Shown one piece after another: positions 1-12,150 of a DNA stretch of 64,000 bases; within the stretch, counting starts at the first letter, position 1; the number at the start of each line of letters is the position of its first letter. The notes under the pieces are model-generated. The model did no database searches, was not told where the DNA came from, and was given only the letters and a program-made list of their open reading frames with translations. The DNA is from Asterias rubens (taxonomy: Eukaryota): NCBI RefSeq assembly GCF_902459465.1, contig NC_047072.1, positions 558,001 through 622,000 of the forward strand, written 5' to 3'. The translations under genes and the position numbers were made by a program.

Positions 1-179
1 CCTGACACCCTTTTTAGGCATCTGAAAAGCACACAGATAAGTGCAACAAGGGTGTATTTTTCTTTCATTATTCTCGTGCAACTTCAACAAATTTATATGT
101 TGGGATGCACCAAGTGCATGAAGTGAGACTAGGGGTCTTTGGTTATTACCAAAGGTGTCCAGTGCCTTTTAAACAGTTT

Positions 180-1050
180 TGCTGCTGTTGTATTTTACCT
201 TCATCTGTTTTCCATTATTTCACCCCTTTTACTGCTTAAGAGTGTGCAATATTTGTTGTTTTCTATTCTCTTGTATTAATACGTAAGTTTGTAACAATTG
301 TTCAGCTTTTGTCTTTTGCCTTTATCTGCTTTCCAGTATTTGACCCCATTTTATTACTTGTGCATTATTTATCATTGATTATTCTCCTGTAATAATGAAA
401 TGTAGCTTTCAAACAATTTTACTGCTGTTGACTTTGCCTTTATCTGTTTTCCAGTATTTTACCCCATTTTATTACTTGTGCATTATTTATTATTGATTAT
501 TCTCCTGTAATAATGAAATGTAGCTTTCAAACAATTTTACTGCTGTTGACTTTGCCTTTATCTGTTTTCCAGTATTTTACCCCATTTTATTACTTGTGCA
601 TTATTTATTATTGATTATTCTCCTGTAATAATGAAATGTAGCTTTCAAACAATTTTACTGCTGTTGACTTTGCCTTTATCTGTTTTCCAGTATTTTACCC
701 CATTTTATTACTTGTGCATTATTTATTATTGATTATTCTCCTGTAATAATGAAATGTAGCTTTCAAACAATTTTACTGCTGTTGACTTTGCCTTTATCTG
801 TTTTCCAGTATTTTACCCGTTTTATTGCTTTAAGAGTGTGCGATATTCATTATTGTCCATTATCCTGTAATATGAAGTTTTGTAACATTTCAACAATCTA
901 CTATTGACTTTTGCCTTTATCTCTTTTCTGTTATTCACCCCTTTTTATTGCTTAAGAGAGTGCGATATTCATTATTGTCTATTCTTCTGTAATATATGAT
1001 GTTGTAGTTTGTTAACAATTGTTCTACTGTTGGCTTTTGCCTTTATGTTT
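180..1050. repeat. 118-bp tandem array in an intersectin intron
   Basis: 'actgctgttg' recurs at 421, 539, 657 and 775 (period 118): four near-perfect units plus degenerate flanking units. Confidence 0.9.
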
Positions 1051-1336
1051 TGCTTAATTTGTTTTTGTTCACAGCGCTGTGAGGCTGTTTTGCTACAATG
1101 CTTGTACTGTACATGTATCTTCTTGTAAATATTTTATAATAGATAATGTATCTCCTTGTCTTTTGCGATAGTTTTCAATTTTAATCTAATCTTATTTTTC
1201 TACGTCTCTGTGATTTCTTTTACATTGCTAATTGTATTTTTATCATAGTTTTGGGGTATAGAAGAGTTTGCGGTAACACCATGTAATGACTATCTCTAAA
1301 TGAGTTGGGGTGGTTCTGAAAAGAAACAATGGTTTA

Positions 1337-1378
1337 ACTCGACGTTTCGATCAGTATGCTCTGATCGTCTTCTGGAGT
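1337..1378 (-). ncRNA. Minimal hammerhead motif, second family, core variant CAGAAGA
   Basis: Reverse complement: actc-CAGAAGA-c-GATCAG(agcata)CTGATC-GAAA-CGTC-gagt. Perfect 6-bp stem II, ACGU palindrome, GUC triplet, 4-bp stem I, U4 replaced by A. Confidence 0.55.
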
Positions 1379-1384
1379 AAGGGG

Positions 1385-2060
1385 TGAAATAGTTTTGGGG
1401 GTTACTTCTTTTATCTAATGGCTAGGCCTAGGTTTTTGTTTGTGGTTATCTTTATATTACTTAATGTTTTATTTTGTAGGCATTTATTATTATTATTTTT
1501 TTTGTGACACTACAGACCATGTTTTGTGTTTCTAAACAGAGATAAGTAATTGTACTTTTTTTCATAGTTTTGGGGGTAACTTCTTATATATCTAGCTAGC
1601 CTAGGTTTTTGTTTTTGATTGTATTTGTATTACTTAATGTTTGATTTTGTAAGCATGCCATTTTTAGTTTTAACTTTGTGACACTACTGACCATGTTTTG
1701 TGTTTCTAAACAGAGATAAGTAATTGTATTTTTATCATAACTTTGGGGGTAACTTCTTATATCTAGCTAGCCTAGGTTTTTGGTTTTTGATTGTCTTTAT
1801 ATTACTTAATGCTTTACTTTGTAAGCATGCCATTTTTAGTTTTAACTTTGTGACACTACCGACCATGTTTTGTGTTAATAGAGATAAGTAATTGTATTTT
1901 TACCATATTTTGGGGGGATAACTTCTTATATCTAGCTAGCTAGCGTACGTTTTTGATTGTCTTTATATTACTTAATGTTGATTTTGTAGGCATGACATTT
2001 TTAGTTTTAACTTTTTGACACTACAGACCATGTTTTGTGTTTTTTAACCAAGATAAGTTA
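1385..2060. repeat. About 172-bp tandem array (about 4 units) ending just before an intersectin acceptor
   Basis: 'gaccatgttttgtgt' recurs near 1516, 1689, 1861 and 2026. Confidence 0.88.
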
Positions 2061-2092
2061 ATAAGTAAATAACCCTCTCTTGATTTCTTCAG

Positions 2093-5000
2093 CCATTATT
2101 TCTCAACGAGGTTGACGTGAAGTCGGCGAGCGAACCGGGCTCTAACGATTTCCTCTTCAACATCAACCACATCGATAAGGTGTACGCCCTCAGAGGAGAG
2201 AGTAATAACGACAAGAACCGCTGGATCGATAAGATTCAAGCCGCCTCCAAGAATTATATCGAGACAGAGAAGAAGAAACGAGAAAAAATACAGAGAGGTT
2301 GGTTCTTGACAAAATCTTCTTAAAGCCATTGGACCCTTTCGGTACAGAAAACAAATCAAAAAATCACAGATTTACAAATTATTTACAGGGTTTACAGAAG
2401 GTAGTGGTGAAAGACTTCTCTTGAAATATTAGTCCATGAAATGCTTTACTTTTTGAGAAAACGGTAAAACAATATAAATTCTCGTTAGCGAGAATTACGG
2501 ATTTGTTTTATAAACACATGTCATGACACGGCGAAACGCGCGAAAACAGAAGTGGGTTTTCCCGTTATTTTCTCCCGACTCCGATGTCCGATTGAGCCCA
2601 AATTTCCACAGGATTGTTATTTTATGTATAAGTTGTGATACACGAAGTGTGGGACTTGGACAATACTGTTTACCGAAAGTGTATAATGGCTTTAATTAAT
2701 AATAATAATACAGATTCATATAAACCCCAGACAGTTCCGCTTTTCCTATCGGTGGAGAGCATATCACGTAGGGGTTTTAATTTTAACTAAACGGCTGATA
2801 AAGAGCTGTTTGAAACCGGCTGGCTTCAGGAGTTGGGTGTGCAAGCTCATGTTTGCCAATTTTATTATTGATTTTAATTGTCATAATGGTTATAATAAAA
2901 TGGCATTTAAAGGCAGTGGACACTATTGGTAGTTGTGTCAAAGACTAGCCTTCACAGTTGGTGTATCTCAACATAAGCATAAAATAACAAACCTGTGAAA
3001 ATTTGAGCTCAATCTGTCATCGAACTTGCGACATAGTAATGAAGTTGTGTGCATTTAGATGGTTGATTTCGAGACCTCAACATGCTCAAGTTCTAAATCT
3101 GAGGTCTCGAAACCAAATTTGTGGAATATTACGTCTTTATCTAAAACATGTAAAACTATGGCACTTCAGATGGAGCCGTTTCTCACAATGTTTTATACCA
3201 TCAACCTCTCCCCATTACTTGTCACCAAGCAGTATGCCAATAAATATTTTGAGTAATTAACAATAGTGTCCACTTAAACCCTTTAAATCAAAGACCATAG
3301 CTTCATCAAGTAGCTTATACCAAGATGCTGCCGAACATGATTTTAGCTTTGACCTCTTTAAAGCAATTTGATTTGTTTTTCTGAAAATGTTTTGTTCTTG
3401 TTGTTTTTGTTGCAGCTCGTTCAATGAGAAGCAGAGGTTATGGCCGATTGTTAGTGGTCATTATGGAAGGTCATGACCTTAAACCATCAAATAATGTCAC
3501 TGGTAAGTTGAACTAAGCATTTGTGTTCTGTGAGACATGTATCTAATTTCTTTATTTTATCTGGGTAATAATGGGGTATTTCTTGCCCTGCTGTACCAAT
3601 TTTTGTGCTTTTATATTTTTGACCACACTGTTGTATTTTGTTGTTATTGCCTTTGCCACTTGTTTTCTCATCTGTCTCTTAAAGACAGTGGACATTGGTA
3701 ATCACTCAAAATAATTATTAGCATAAAACCTTTCTTGGTGACCAGTAATGTGGAGAGGTTGATGGTATAAAACATTGTGAGAAATGGCTTCCTCTGAAGT
3801 GCCATAGTTTTTGAGAGAGAAGTAATTTTCCATGAATTTGATTTCGAGACCTCAAGTTTAGAACTTGAGATCTCGAAATCAACTATCTAAACGCACACAA
3901 CTTCGTGTGACAAGGGTATTTTTTCTTTCATTATTATCTCGGAAGTTTGATGACCGATTGAGCTCAAATTTTCACAGGTTTGTTATTTAATGCATATGTT
4001 GAGATACAACAAGTGAGAAGACTGGTCTTTGACAATTACCAATAGTGTCCACTGTCTTTAAGGCCCGGTCACACACAGGCCTTGAACCCAAAATGTTAAA
4101 AATGCATGCCCTCGATTGGTTGAATAAGCATGGGCGAATTCTGCGTGGAGTAATTCAACCAATAGATTGCGTTCTCCTGGCGTCATTATCGTTATCGTTT
4201 TCATTATCGCTGCAGTGTGACTCGGCCTTTCCACCAGTTCCAGATGGGCTCTCCAGAGTCACGCTGAACTATATTCTGAAAAAAAAGTACATGAAAAGTT
4301 TTATGTCTGAAACAGTTAGGAGCGACTGGATAGGCGCTAGAAGTCGAAAGATCGACTGTTGCAGTCGTTTTGAATGACTCAGGAGCATTTTGGTTTCAGA
4401 CGTTGATCTTATCATGAGCCCCATCAGCCACTGGAAATGTTACGTTAAGTTTGCCTGTCTGAAACCAAAATTTATTTGGGTCGACCTAGAGTTGCTCTTA
4501 ATCTATTTGGTTTGGCGCAGCTCTGGTGCGCTTGTCTGGACAGGTGTATATTTTTGTTGGTGTGGCCAGAGATATCGGAATTGAAGGCTAAAGTTTTTTG
4601 GTAAATTTCTTAAATTCCGGGATTAAATGTCCCTGGATTTTGTTTAGTTTATGAATGTATTTAATGTGTGGTTTATATGCTGAATAAATAATAACAAAAA
4701 TATAAATGCACTCATGTTCACTAGTAAACTAAATGTTGTTTTATCATAAACAATCTCTCTTTAGGTCGTGCCGACCCTTACTGCGAGGTCCGTATGGGAT
4801 CCCAGGAGCATAAGACAAAAGTGGTTCCAGACACGTTAAGTCCAGTCTGGGACGCCTCTATGCAGTTCACTGTGAAAGATCTGGAACAAGATGTTTTGTG
4901 TATTACAGTGTACGACCGAGACCTCTTCTCTCCAAATGGTACAAAGCATTTTTATTTAAAAAAAAGAACAATTTTTCTTTTGGAAATCAATGAGTTATTG

Positions 5001-5711
5001 TATCAATTTCTACTCTTTTTACTCTCATCTTTCAAAGATGAGATACCAACAAGGGCAAGACTTTGACAAAAAGGAGCACAAATAAATAAAAACAGCCAGT
5101 CTTACTGGATTTAATGCTTAAAAGAACAAATGAACGTACTCATGGTGTCACTTTTGCTCATAATAACTGTATGGCGGACAAACTTTCCATAACTAGATTG
5201 TAAAAAGGGGCAAGCAGTAGAAACTGTTAATAATAAAGTTCTTACAACAGAAAAGACATCGACAATCCAGGTTGGTCAGGACTGACAAAAGTCCCTGCAC
5301 TGTCACCAAGAGGTGTGTCATTCCTACCCGCATAAGACAAAGTTCTTAAGGCCACAAACAGTTACACAACATTTAACAAAACAAACAACTGAACGAAGAA
5401 AAAACAAATTATCAAACAAACATCTCAATTAATAAATACAAACAAACAAAACCATGTGAACTAAACCAAAAGAAGCAGAAACAAAGCCACAAGACAATCA
5501 GGAAGAAACAGACAAGCTGAAAAAAAAATCCTAAACTCATAATTTTATCATTTATTCTGCAGATTTTCTTGGTCGGACTGAAGTCCGTGTGGCAGATGTC
5601 ATCAAGGAGGCTAAAGGACGTGGCCCTCTTACTAAACAGCTTTTACTTCACGAGGTTTCTACCGGCGAGGTTCATGTCAAACTAGACCTCCATCTCTTTG
5701 AGAAATCTTAA
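2093..5711 (+). CDS. ITSN1: Intersectin (long form), last four coding exons: end of PH domain plus C2 domain; the 5' part of the gene lies before the window
   Basis: GT-AG exons 2093-2297, 3416-3502, 4765-4938, 5563-5711 join in frame: PLFLNEV...[22 protein letters not shown]...[10 protein letters not shown]...[11 protein letters not shown]...[32 protein letters not shown]...[23 protein letters not shown]. This matches the remembered C-terminus of vertebrate ITSN1/2. It is probably the single invertebrate co-orthologue. Confidence 0.95.
2324..2691. mobile_element. TTAA-flanked MITE family K1 (Kolobok-like); second, oppositely oriented copy at 7889-8238
   Basis: TTAA|AGCCATT...AATGGCT|TTAA with imperfect TIRs of about 20 bp; the interior is shared in reverse complement with 7889-8238. 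Confidence 0.8.
3683..4057. mobile_element. TTAA-flanked MITE family K2, the most abundant repeat in the window
   Basis: TTAA|AG(G/A)CAGTGGACACTATTGGTAAT...ATTACCAATAGTGTCCACTG(C/T)CT|TTAA. Other full or partial copies near 2911-3283, 20099-20469, 22939-23325, 28438-28745, 34659-34810, 39603-39985, 45130-45260, 48648-49025, 52985-53200 and 57300-57456. Confidence 0.85.
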
Positions 5712-7215
5712 CGCTTGGAGAATTCTTAGAGCTACTTAAGCACAAACAGTAGCTATGAGCACAGCAAAATCATGCTTACCAGATTAAGGTCACCAGCCAA
5801 AATATCTTTTATCACATGTGCAATCTCCGACTGGTATCCTGGCAATTTTTGCTTAGCAGGTAGAGCTGTCAGGTTAAGTGTCACATCAAACTAGACCCCC
5901 ATCTTTGTTGACTAGTGTCCAATTTCATAGAGCTGCTTAAGCACAAACAGTAGCTACAAGCACAACAAAATCATGCTTATGAAGGTCACCAGCCAAAATG
6001 TCTTTGCCACATGTGCAATCTCCAAATGGTATCCTGCTTATTTTTGCTTAGCAGAAAGTTATTAAGCAATATTTCCTGATTAAGCAGCTCTATAAAATTT
6101 GGGCCAAGTAGAGATAGAACCTGATTGTTCAGCTTAATCACTTTCAACATGCGGTGCTCATGACGTACCAAAGCTAGTGTTGTGCAACTAGGTTAAATTT
6201 GCTAACCATTCTTATGAAACATGTGAAAAACTTACGTGCAGTCTTTTGAATACGCATTTGTGGGGACTTGCGTTTGTTTTGTTATTCGCTTTTCTCAAGA
6301 ATAATTCCCTTGTGGACACCAAAATGAACAAAGAAAAAACTTCTAATTTCACAATTAAAATGAAATCTTCTATTTTATTCTGTGTTCCCCCCCTGCCTTT
6401 ATATTTCAACAGAATAATTTTAAAGCATAATATAAATTTAACTTTGTATCAAAAAGATGAAATTGTGAAAAATGAGAGAGCAAAAACATTGTAAAAAGAT
6501 ATTTGAAAGGTTTATGAACTTGAAACTATATATAATAATGAATAACTTTAACAGACCATTCCGTTTTTTATTCCCCTTCCACAAAAACAAAAAACATTAA
6601 ATGTGATATAACTTATGATCTTTTTGTGAGTGGAGATTGCTTTTTTCGGTTTGTAATAAAACAAAATATAAGCATTAAATTATTTTCAGTACATTTTTGT
6701 TCACTTGGAACTTGTCTTGGTAGTTTCAGGTACTGCAAACAATTTGAGAAACTGTTTGAAAATATTTATCAAAACTACCCAAAGCTGAGACCATAAAGTA
6801 TTAAAAGGTGATGATATTAATGGTTAGTTTAAGACCCACGTTAAGTGCAGTTTTAAACCACAGCTGATCGAATCTGAGAATTTAATTGCTATTGAATTGC
6901 CTGATTGGGATCTGCTAACTCTTACAATTTATAGCTAAACACATTTCTTTACTGATGGGTTTTTATAATTGCATTCTTGCCAATGTTTACTCATACTACA
7001 CATTCATGTATGGGTGGCTTAAGTTACTATTTTTTTTAGTAGAGTGCCCAAAACAACTTTTTGCAAATTCAGGACTAAAGTTTAAGGGAAAGATGTTGTA
7101 GCTTGGATGGTGGGTGGTAAATGCCCCAGTTCAGGTATTTAATTAAACGTGGATCCTTACCTTAATATCTTTCCCCCTTTTTTCTATAAACGGGTGTATT
7201 TGTTTGTACGTGTTT

Positions 7216-7259
7216 ATGCCTCTGAAGAAGGTCCGGTTTGGATCGAAAGCTAAGGCCAT
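7216..7259 (+). ncRNA. Minimal type-I hammerhead ribozyme motif (Penelope-type), intact core
   Basis: atgcct-CTGAAGA-a-GGTCC(ggttt)GGATC-GAAA-GC-TA-aggccat: stem I, CUGANGA, one extra base, 5-bp stem II, GAAA, palindromic AGCU in place of stem III, and a CUA cleavage triplet. Confidence 0.7.
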
Positions 7260-8708
7260 CTACCCTACTCATTATAAATATTTAAAGGATATACTAATTG
7301 TTACCCACTTATCCCAATTTGGGTATACTTCTACCCAGATGAGGATATCAATTGCCCCCAGTTGGGAGACCCCGGGTGACAAAGACACCTACTAAAATAC
7401 TAACAATTAACGATCCCTGTACACCAAAAAATAGTGTCAGAAAACTAATTTTTTCTAGCCAATTTGAAAATGACAAATTAATTTATATTAATCATGAGTA
7501 TTTTATTGGACCAAAACTATGTGCTTATAGTTTATAGTTTGTGCATAAAATAAAGTGTTAACTTTGTTTTGGGGTAAAGCTTGTTGGCTTTTGGGAGGAA
7601 GGAAATTCCGAGCTTAAGTACCATGTAACATTTGTTCACAAAAAGGATGACCTTGTACAATCCAGGGCCTTTTTGGTAGGCAAGATACATTTTATGTCTT
7701 CATTTCCACTGAAATAAAGAGATATTAAAGTAACAACTGGACACGTTTTGAGATGTACCCCTGCGATTTCTTCTTGTCAGAAATTGACAACAATCTAAAT
7801 ACTGATTGTTGTCTTTCATAGAGCTGTGTACAAATCGTGCCTGCAGGAAGTTAAGTCTCTTGGGCTATTTTCGAGTATGTGATGTTAAAGCCATTGGACC
7901 CTTTCAGTAAACAGTATTGTCCAAGGCCCACACTTCGTGTATCACAACTTCTATATCAAATAACAAACCTGTGAAAATTTGGGCTTAATCGGTCATCGGA
8001 GTTGGGAGAAAACCCACCCTTGTATCCGCGCATTTCGCCGTGTCATGTGTTTAAAATAAATCCGTAATTCTCGTTAACGAGAATTTATATTGTTTTGCTG
8101 TTTTCTCAAAAAGTAAAGCATTTCATGGAATAATATTTCAAGAGAAGTCTTTCACCATTGCCTTCTGTAAACCCTGTAAGTTATTTGTAAATCTGTGAAC
8201 TTTTTTTTTCTTTTCTGTACCAAAAGGGTCCAATGGCTTTAAAGATTTTCCATATTACAGAAAAGAATACATTTGGTAGTCACTCTTAAAATTAATGGCA
8301 ATATACTTACTTGGTTAAAAGTAAAGCAGCTTTTGGTAGTATGAAGCAATTTGAAAATCATTTTACTTAGAAGCATAATGTGGTTATGTGGAAAAACATA
8401 TCAGTTTTTATCCCCCAAACTTTGAGTGTGAGAAACTTTTGCTGTCAAAGCTAAAACCCAAGTTGCTTGTGAAGATAGCATTGTTGGATGGTTGGTGGCA
8501 AGTTATCACATGCGAATCCAGTAAGTGTGGGTACAAAGTTGTGGCTACTCATGCAAAACATTTGTACAAACACTTTTTTAAAGACATTTAAAAAAAAACT
8601 TGTTCTTGTTTCTTCAACAAGAACTACACGTACTACAGTACATTCTCTGTGGTCCTCTAACACTTTACTTGTGAGTGATGGCTCAAAGTAATGATGCGTC
8701 ACACTTAA

Positions 8709-9095
8709 AGGAACGTTACAGAATTGGTTTTGCTAGCAAAAAAGTTGCTGGCAGTGTAAGCACTCTATGTAATCCACAATATACATAAACTGACAAACCT
8801 GTAGAAGTTTGAGATCGATCGGCCATCTGGGTCACGAGAGAATAGTGAAAAACCGATTAAAATTTTTGCATTGCATCGATGCCAAAACAAAGATGAATTA
8901 ATCGCTCACTGAGCGATAAACTCAAAACGCGAAATTAGATTATTCATTTCTCATCAAATATAAAATTTCAGACAGAAATATTTCAAGGGATGTTTTCTAC
9001 GATCATCTGCATCATTCATGTCATTAGACTGTGTAAGTTTTTGTTAATCTGTGATCTTCGCGATTGTTGTTTCTTACCAATTCTGTAGCGTTCCT
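8709..9095. mobile_element. TTAA-flanked MITE family K3; second, inverted copy at 23463-23836
   Basis: TTAA|AGGAACGTTACAGAATTGGT...ACCAATTCTGTAGCGTTCCT|TTAA. Confidence 0.85.
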
Positions 9096-9564
9096 TTAAG
9101 AGTGTATTCTGAATATGTTGCTATTCGCTGCTGGTGTCTCGTACCTCCTCCCATTTGTTTAGTGTAAAAAACTGTAAGCAGAATCTTTAGAACATTTAAA
9201 CATTTTTAAGGCTGTACCTCATGCGTAAACTACTAAACGCAAAAAATTTTGCTACAGTATTTTGTTTGTTTTTGTTGAAAAGTGTATGTAGTTAGTGTGC
9301 TCAATTTCTGTCTATAAGATTTAATCATTATTATAATGCTACGTACTTCATTTTGCATATATTTTAATAAGCTAGTATTATTAAGTGTCAAAGGTCAAGT
9401 TGTTAGGTAAACAAAAACTGTACATGGTGTAACCATAATGTAAATTAATAATGAAATTAAATATTGTATTGCAATGAAGACTAGAATAGGGTGAGAGTCT
9501 TTGTCATGGACAATGTCTTAAATTTGGATCATCATTTTTCGGTTTGTTGAAATGATGACATTTC

Positions 9565-10345
9565 CACCTTGTCGAGCGGATAAGAACACTGAGCTCAAGC
9601 TCTGATGTTTCTGATCAGCAGAGTGTGGGTTCGAGTCCCAGTCATGACACTTGTGTCCTAAAGCAAGACACTTTATTGCTGCATCCTTTGGATGGGACCT
9701 AAAGCCGTTGGTCCTGTGTGTTAGGAATGTATGTAAAAGAACCCAGTGCACTTATCGTAAAAAGAAGGCGTCCCCCCCGGTGTTCCTGGTTTCAAGAGGG
9801 TGGGTTCAAGTCCCAGTCATGACACTTGTGTCCTAAAGCAAGATACTTTATTGCTGCATCCTTTGGATGGGACCTAAAGCCATTGGTCCTGTGTGTTGGG
9901 AATGTATGTAAAAGAACCCAGTGCACTAATCGTAAAAAGAAGGCTTTCCCCCGGTGTTCCTGGTTTCAAAAGAGTGGGTTCAAGTCCCAGTCATGACGCT
10001 TGTGTCCTAAAGCAAAACACTTTATGGCTGCATCCTTTGGATGGGACCTAATGCCGTTGGTCCTGTGTGTTAGGAATGTATGTAAAAGAACCCAGTGCAC
10101 TTATCGTAAAAAGAAGGCTTTCCCCCCGGTGTTCCTGGTTTCAAGAGGGTGGGTTCAAGTCTCAGTCATGACGCTTGTGTCCTAAAGCAAAACACTTTAT
10201 GGCTGCATCCTTTGGATGGGACCTAAAGCCGTTGGTCCTGTGTGTTGGGAATAAATGTAAAAAGAAGGCGTTCCCCCCGGTGTTCCTGGTTTGATTGGCT
10301 GCATATTGCGCCACAGCACCTTGTTATTACCATCACATGGTGCTT
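9565..10345 (+). mobile_element. tRNA-derived SINE with an internal 175-bp segment amplified four times
   Basis: Box A-like tgtcgagcggataag, box B ggttcgagtcc, core gtgtcctaaagcaagacactt; units start near 9627, 9801, 9975 and 10150. Confidence 0.8.
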
Positions 10346-11038
10346 TGTAACAAAAGAAAACCCTGACAATGCCCCTGTCTGACCAGTGGGAAAAAAAAGG
10401 AGACCTCCAGCTGGACGGCCGTTTAACGAGCAGGATTAGATCTCTTTGCACAGAACCCGTGGAGACAAAAATTGTGAATATACACGTTTTCATGTACCGT
10501 TTGTGGTGTTTCACTGAAACATCATGGCATATTTTAACATTTTTTGTGACTTTCCGGTCACTAGCGGTGGTTCAAAATTTGGGTATTAGCACACGAGGGT
10601 GGTTGGTATTCAATTGTTCTTTCTGTGTTATATCCATACGACATACGACACCATAGTTGAGTGAAGAACCAAGTGTGCACGCGCAAAGTCACATACGCCA
10701 GGTCGCCCATTGTCTGTATAACTAATGTGGGTGATTACGAGGCGTCGTAAAACACCGCGGTACCACGAGTTTTGAAGTCCCTTCGTTCGAGCCCCTTCTC
10801 TTCCTTCCGCCATGGTCCAACCATGCTAGCTGGTGCGTCTTGAGCAAGACTACCCCTAGGAGTGAGTCTACAAGACAAAGCCTTACACCTTCTGACTTCT
10901 TCAATCCTCGATCCTAAACTGAAATCTGTAGTTATGATTCGAACCCACAAACTTGTGGTTTCAAATGTCGCAGTATCGAATACATTTGTGTCTAGTGTGT
11001 ACATTCGCTCATAGACAAATCTTTATGTATCTTGTTTT

Positions 11039-11080
11039 ATGCCTCTGAAGAAGGTCCGGTTTGGATCGAAAGCCAAGGCC
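11039..11080 (+). ncRNA. Second copy of the same hammerhead motif, U16.1 changed to C (probably impaired)
   Basis: Near-identical to 7216-7259, but GAAAGCCA replaces GAAAGCTA (position 11074). Confidence 0.55.
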
Positions 11081-12150
11081 ACCTACCCTATTCATTATAT
11101 CATTTTATGTATTTTTAAAGATATTAAAAATTTCAGACAAATGAAAATGACACAATGTGAACTGGATAAATTCAAATCACAAAAACAATCATATTTATTT
11201 GGATTTATTGTAATAGTAGAACAATCTGTTGAACAGTGAGTCTGTCTGCATCTGAAACTGTTATGGGTATTTTGTGTCAAGGAAGAAACAATACCGTGAA
11301 GACATTACAAAGCCTGGTTAAGAGTTGACACAGTTGAACTTGATACAATTTCACAGATACTGCTTGACAAATTTCTTTGCTAAGCAGAAATGTGTGTGCT
11401 ACCAAGCGTTATGGCCCTGCTGCCAAGTAAAACTGTCTTCTCAATTGAAGGTTACTTATAACTGTCTGATAAATTCTGAAATCCATGAAATTAAATACAC
11501 ACTCCAAACTCAATCATGCACCTTTTAAAGAATTTGTTTTCAAGATATGTCATCACCAACAGGCTGATAAATTCAATGCCCAGATGTCAGTCGGGCCCAA
11601 TTTCACAGAACTTGTTATTAACAACTTCCTGCTTAGCAGAAATGAGTAGGATATCAGTCACAAATGGTATATTTGACAGTGTTTTATAGCTGATAACCAT
11701 ATTCTGGTAAGCAACATTTTGTTCTGTTTAGCTTACTCTTTGTGCTTAAGCAGCTCTATGAAACTAGGCCCAGGTTGATGTTAGGCGACACTTCAATCTT
11801 CTTTGTGTCCAGGGAAAACAACCAAAGTATAGATTTTTTAAAACTGTCAAAGCCCCACCTGAAAAATCTGACATTTGTCCATTAACAAGTTTTTCTGATG
11901 ACACTATTTATGGAGTAATCCCTTAGTTATTATCCCAATCAACTTTATTCATACTTCTCATAAGATCCGACTCGGTGAATTCTTTAAACTCTATTTAAAA
12001 AAACTCTCTTCCTACAATAATATCGACAAATGCAACATGGTCAGATATCCTTCAAACTCGGCCCAAACTTAATGCATGAGAACACTGGGTACTAGACTAA
12101 AACATCTTGTCCGCACAAACTAAAACAGAATCTGTATCATTACTATGCAA

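Noticed and set aside
3003-3260. Recurrent short ORFs with DFETS...KSEV (also 20146, 23059, 39694, 48690)
   Set aside because: These are translations of the non-coding K2 MITE interior; frames and stops differ between copies.
10560-11004. 89-aa minus-strand ORF and CpG-rich stretch just before the second hammerhead copy
   Set aside because: No Penelope RT or GIY-YIG motif or other recognisable domain seen; cannot be linked to the ribozyme without a search.
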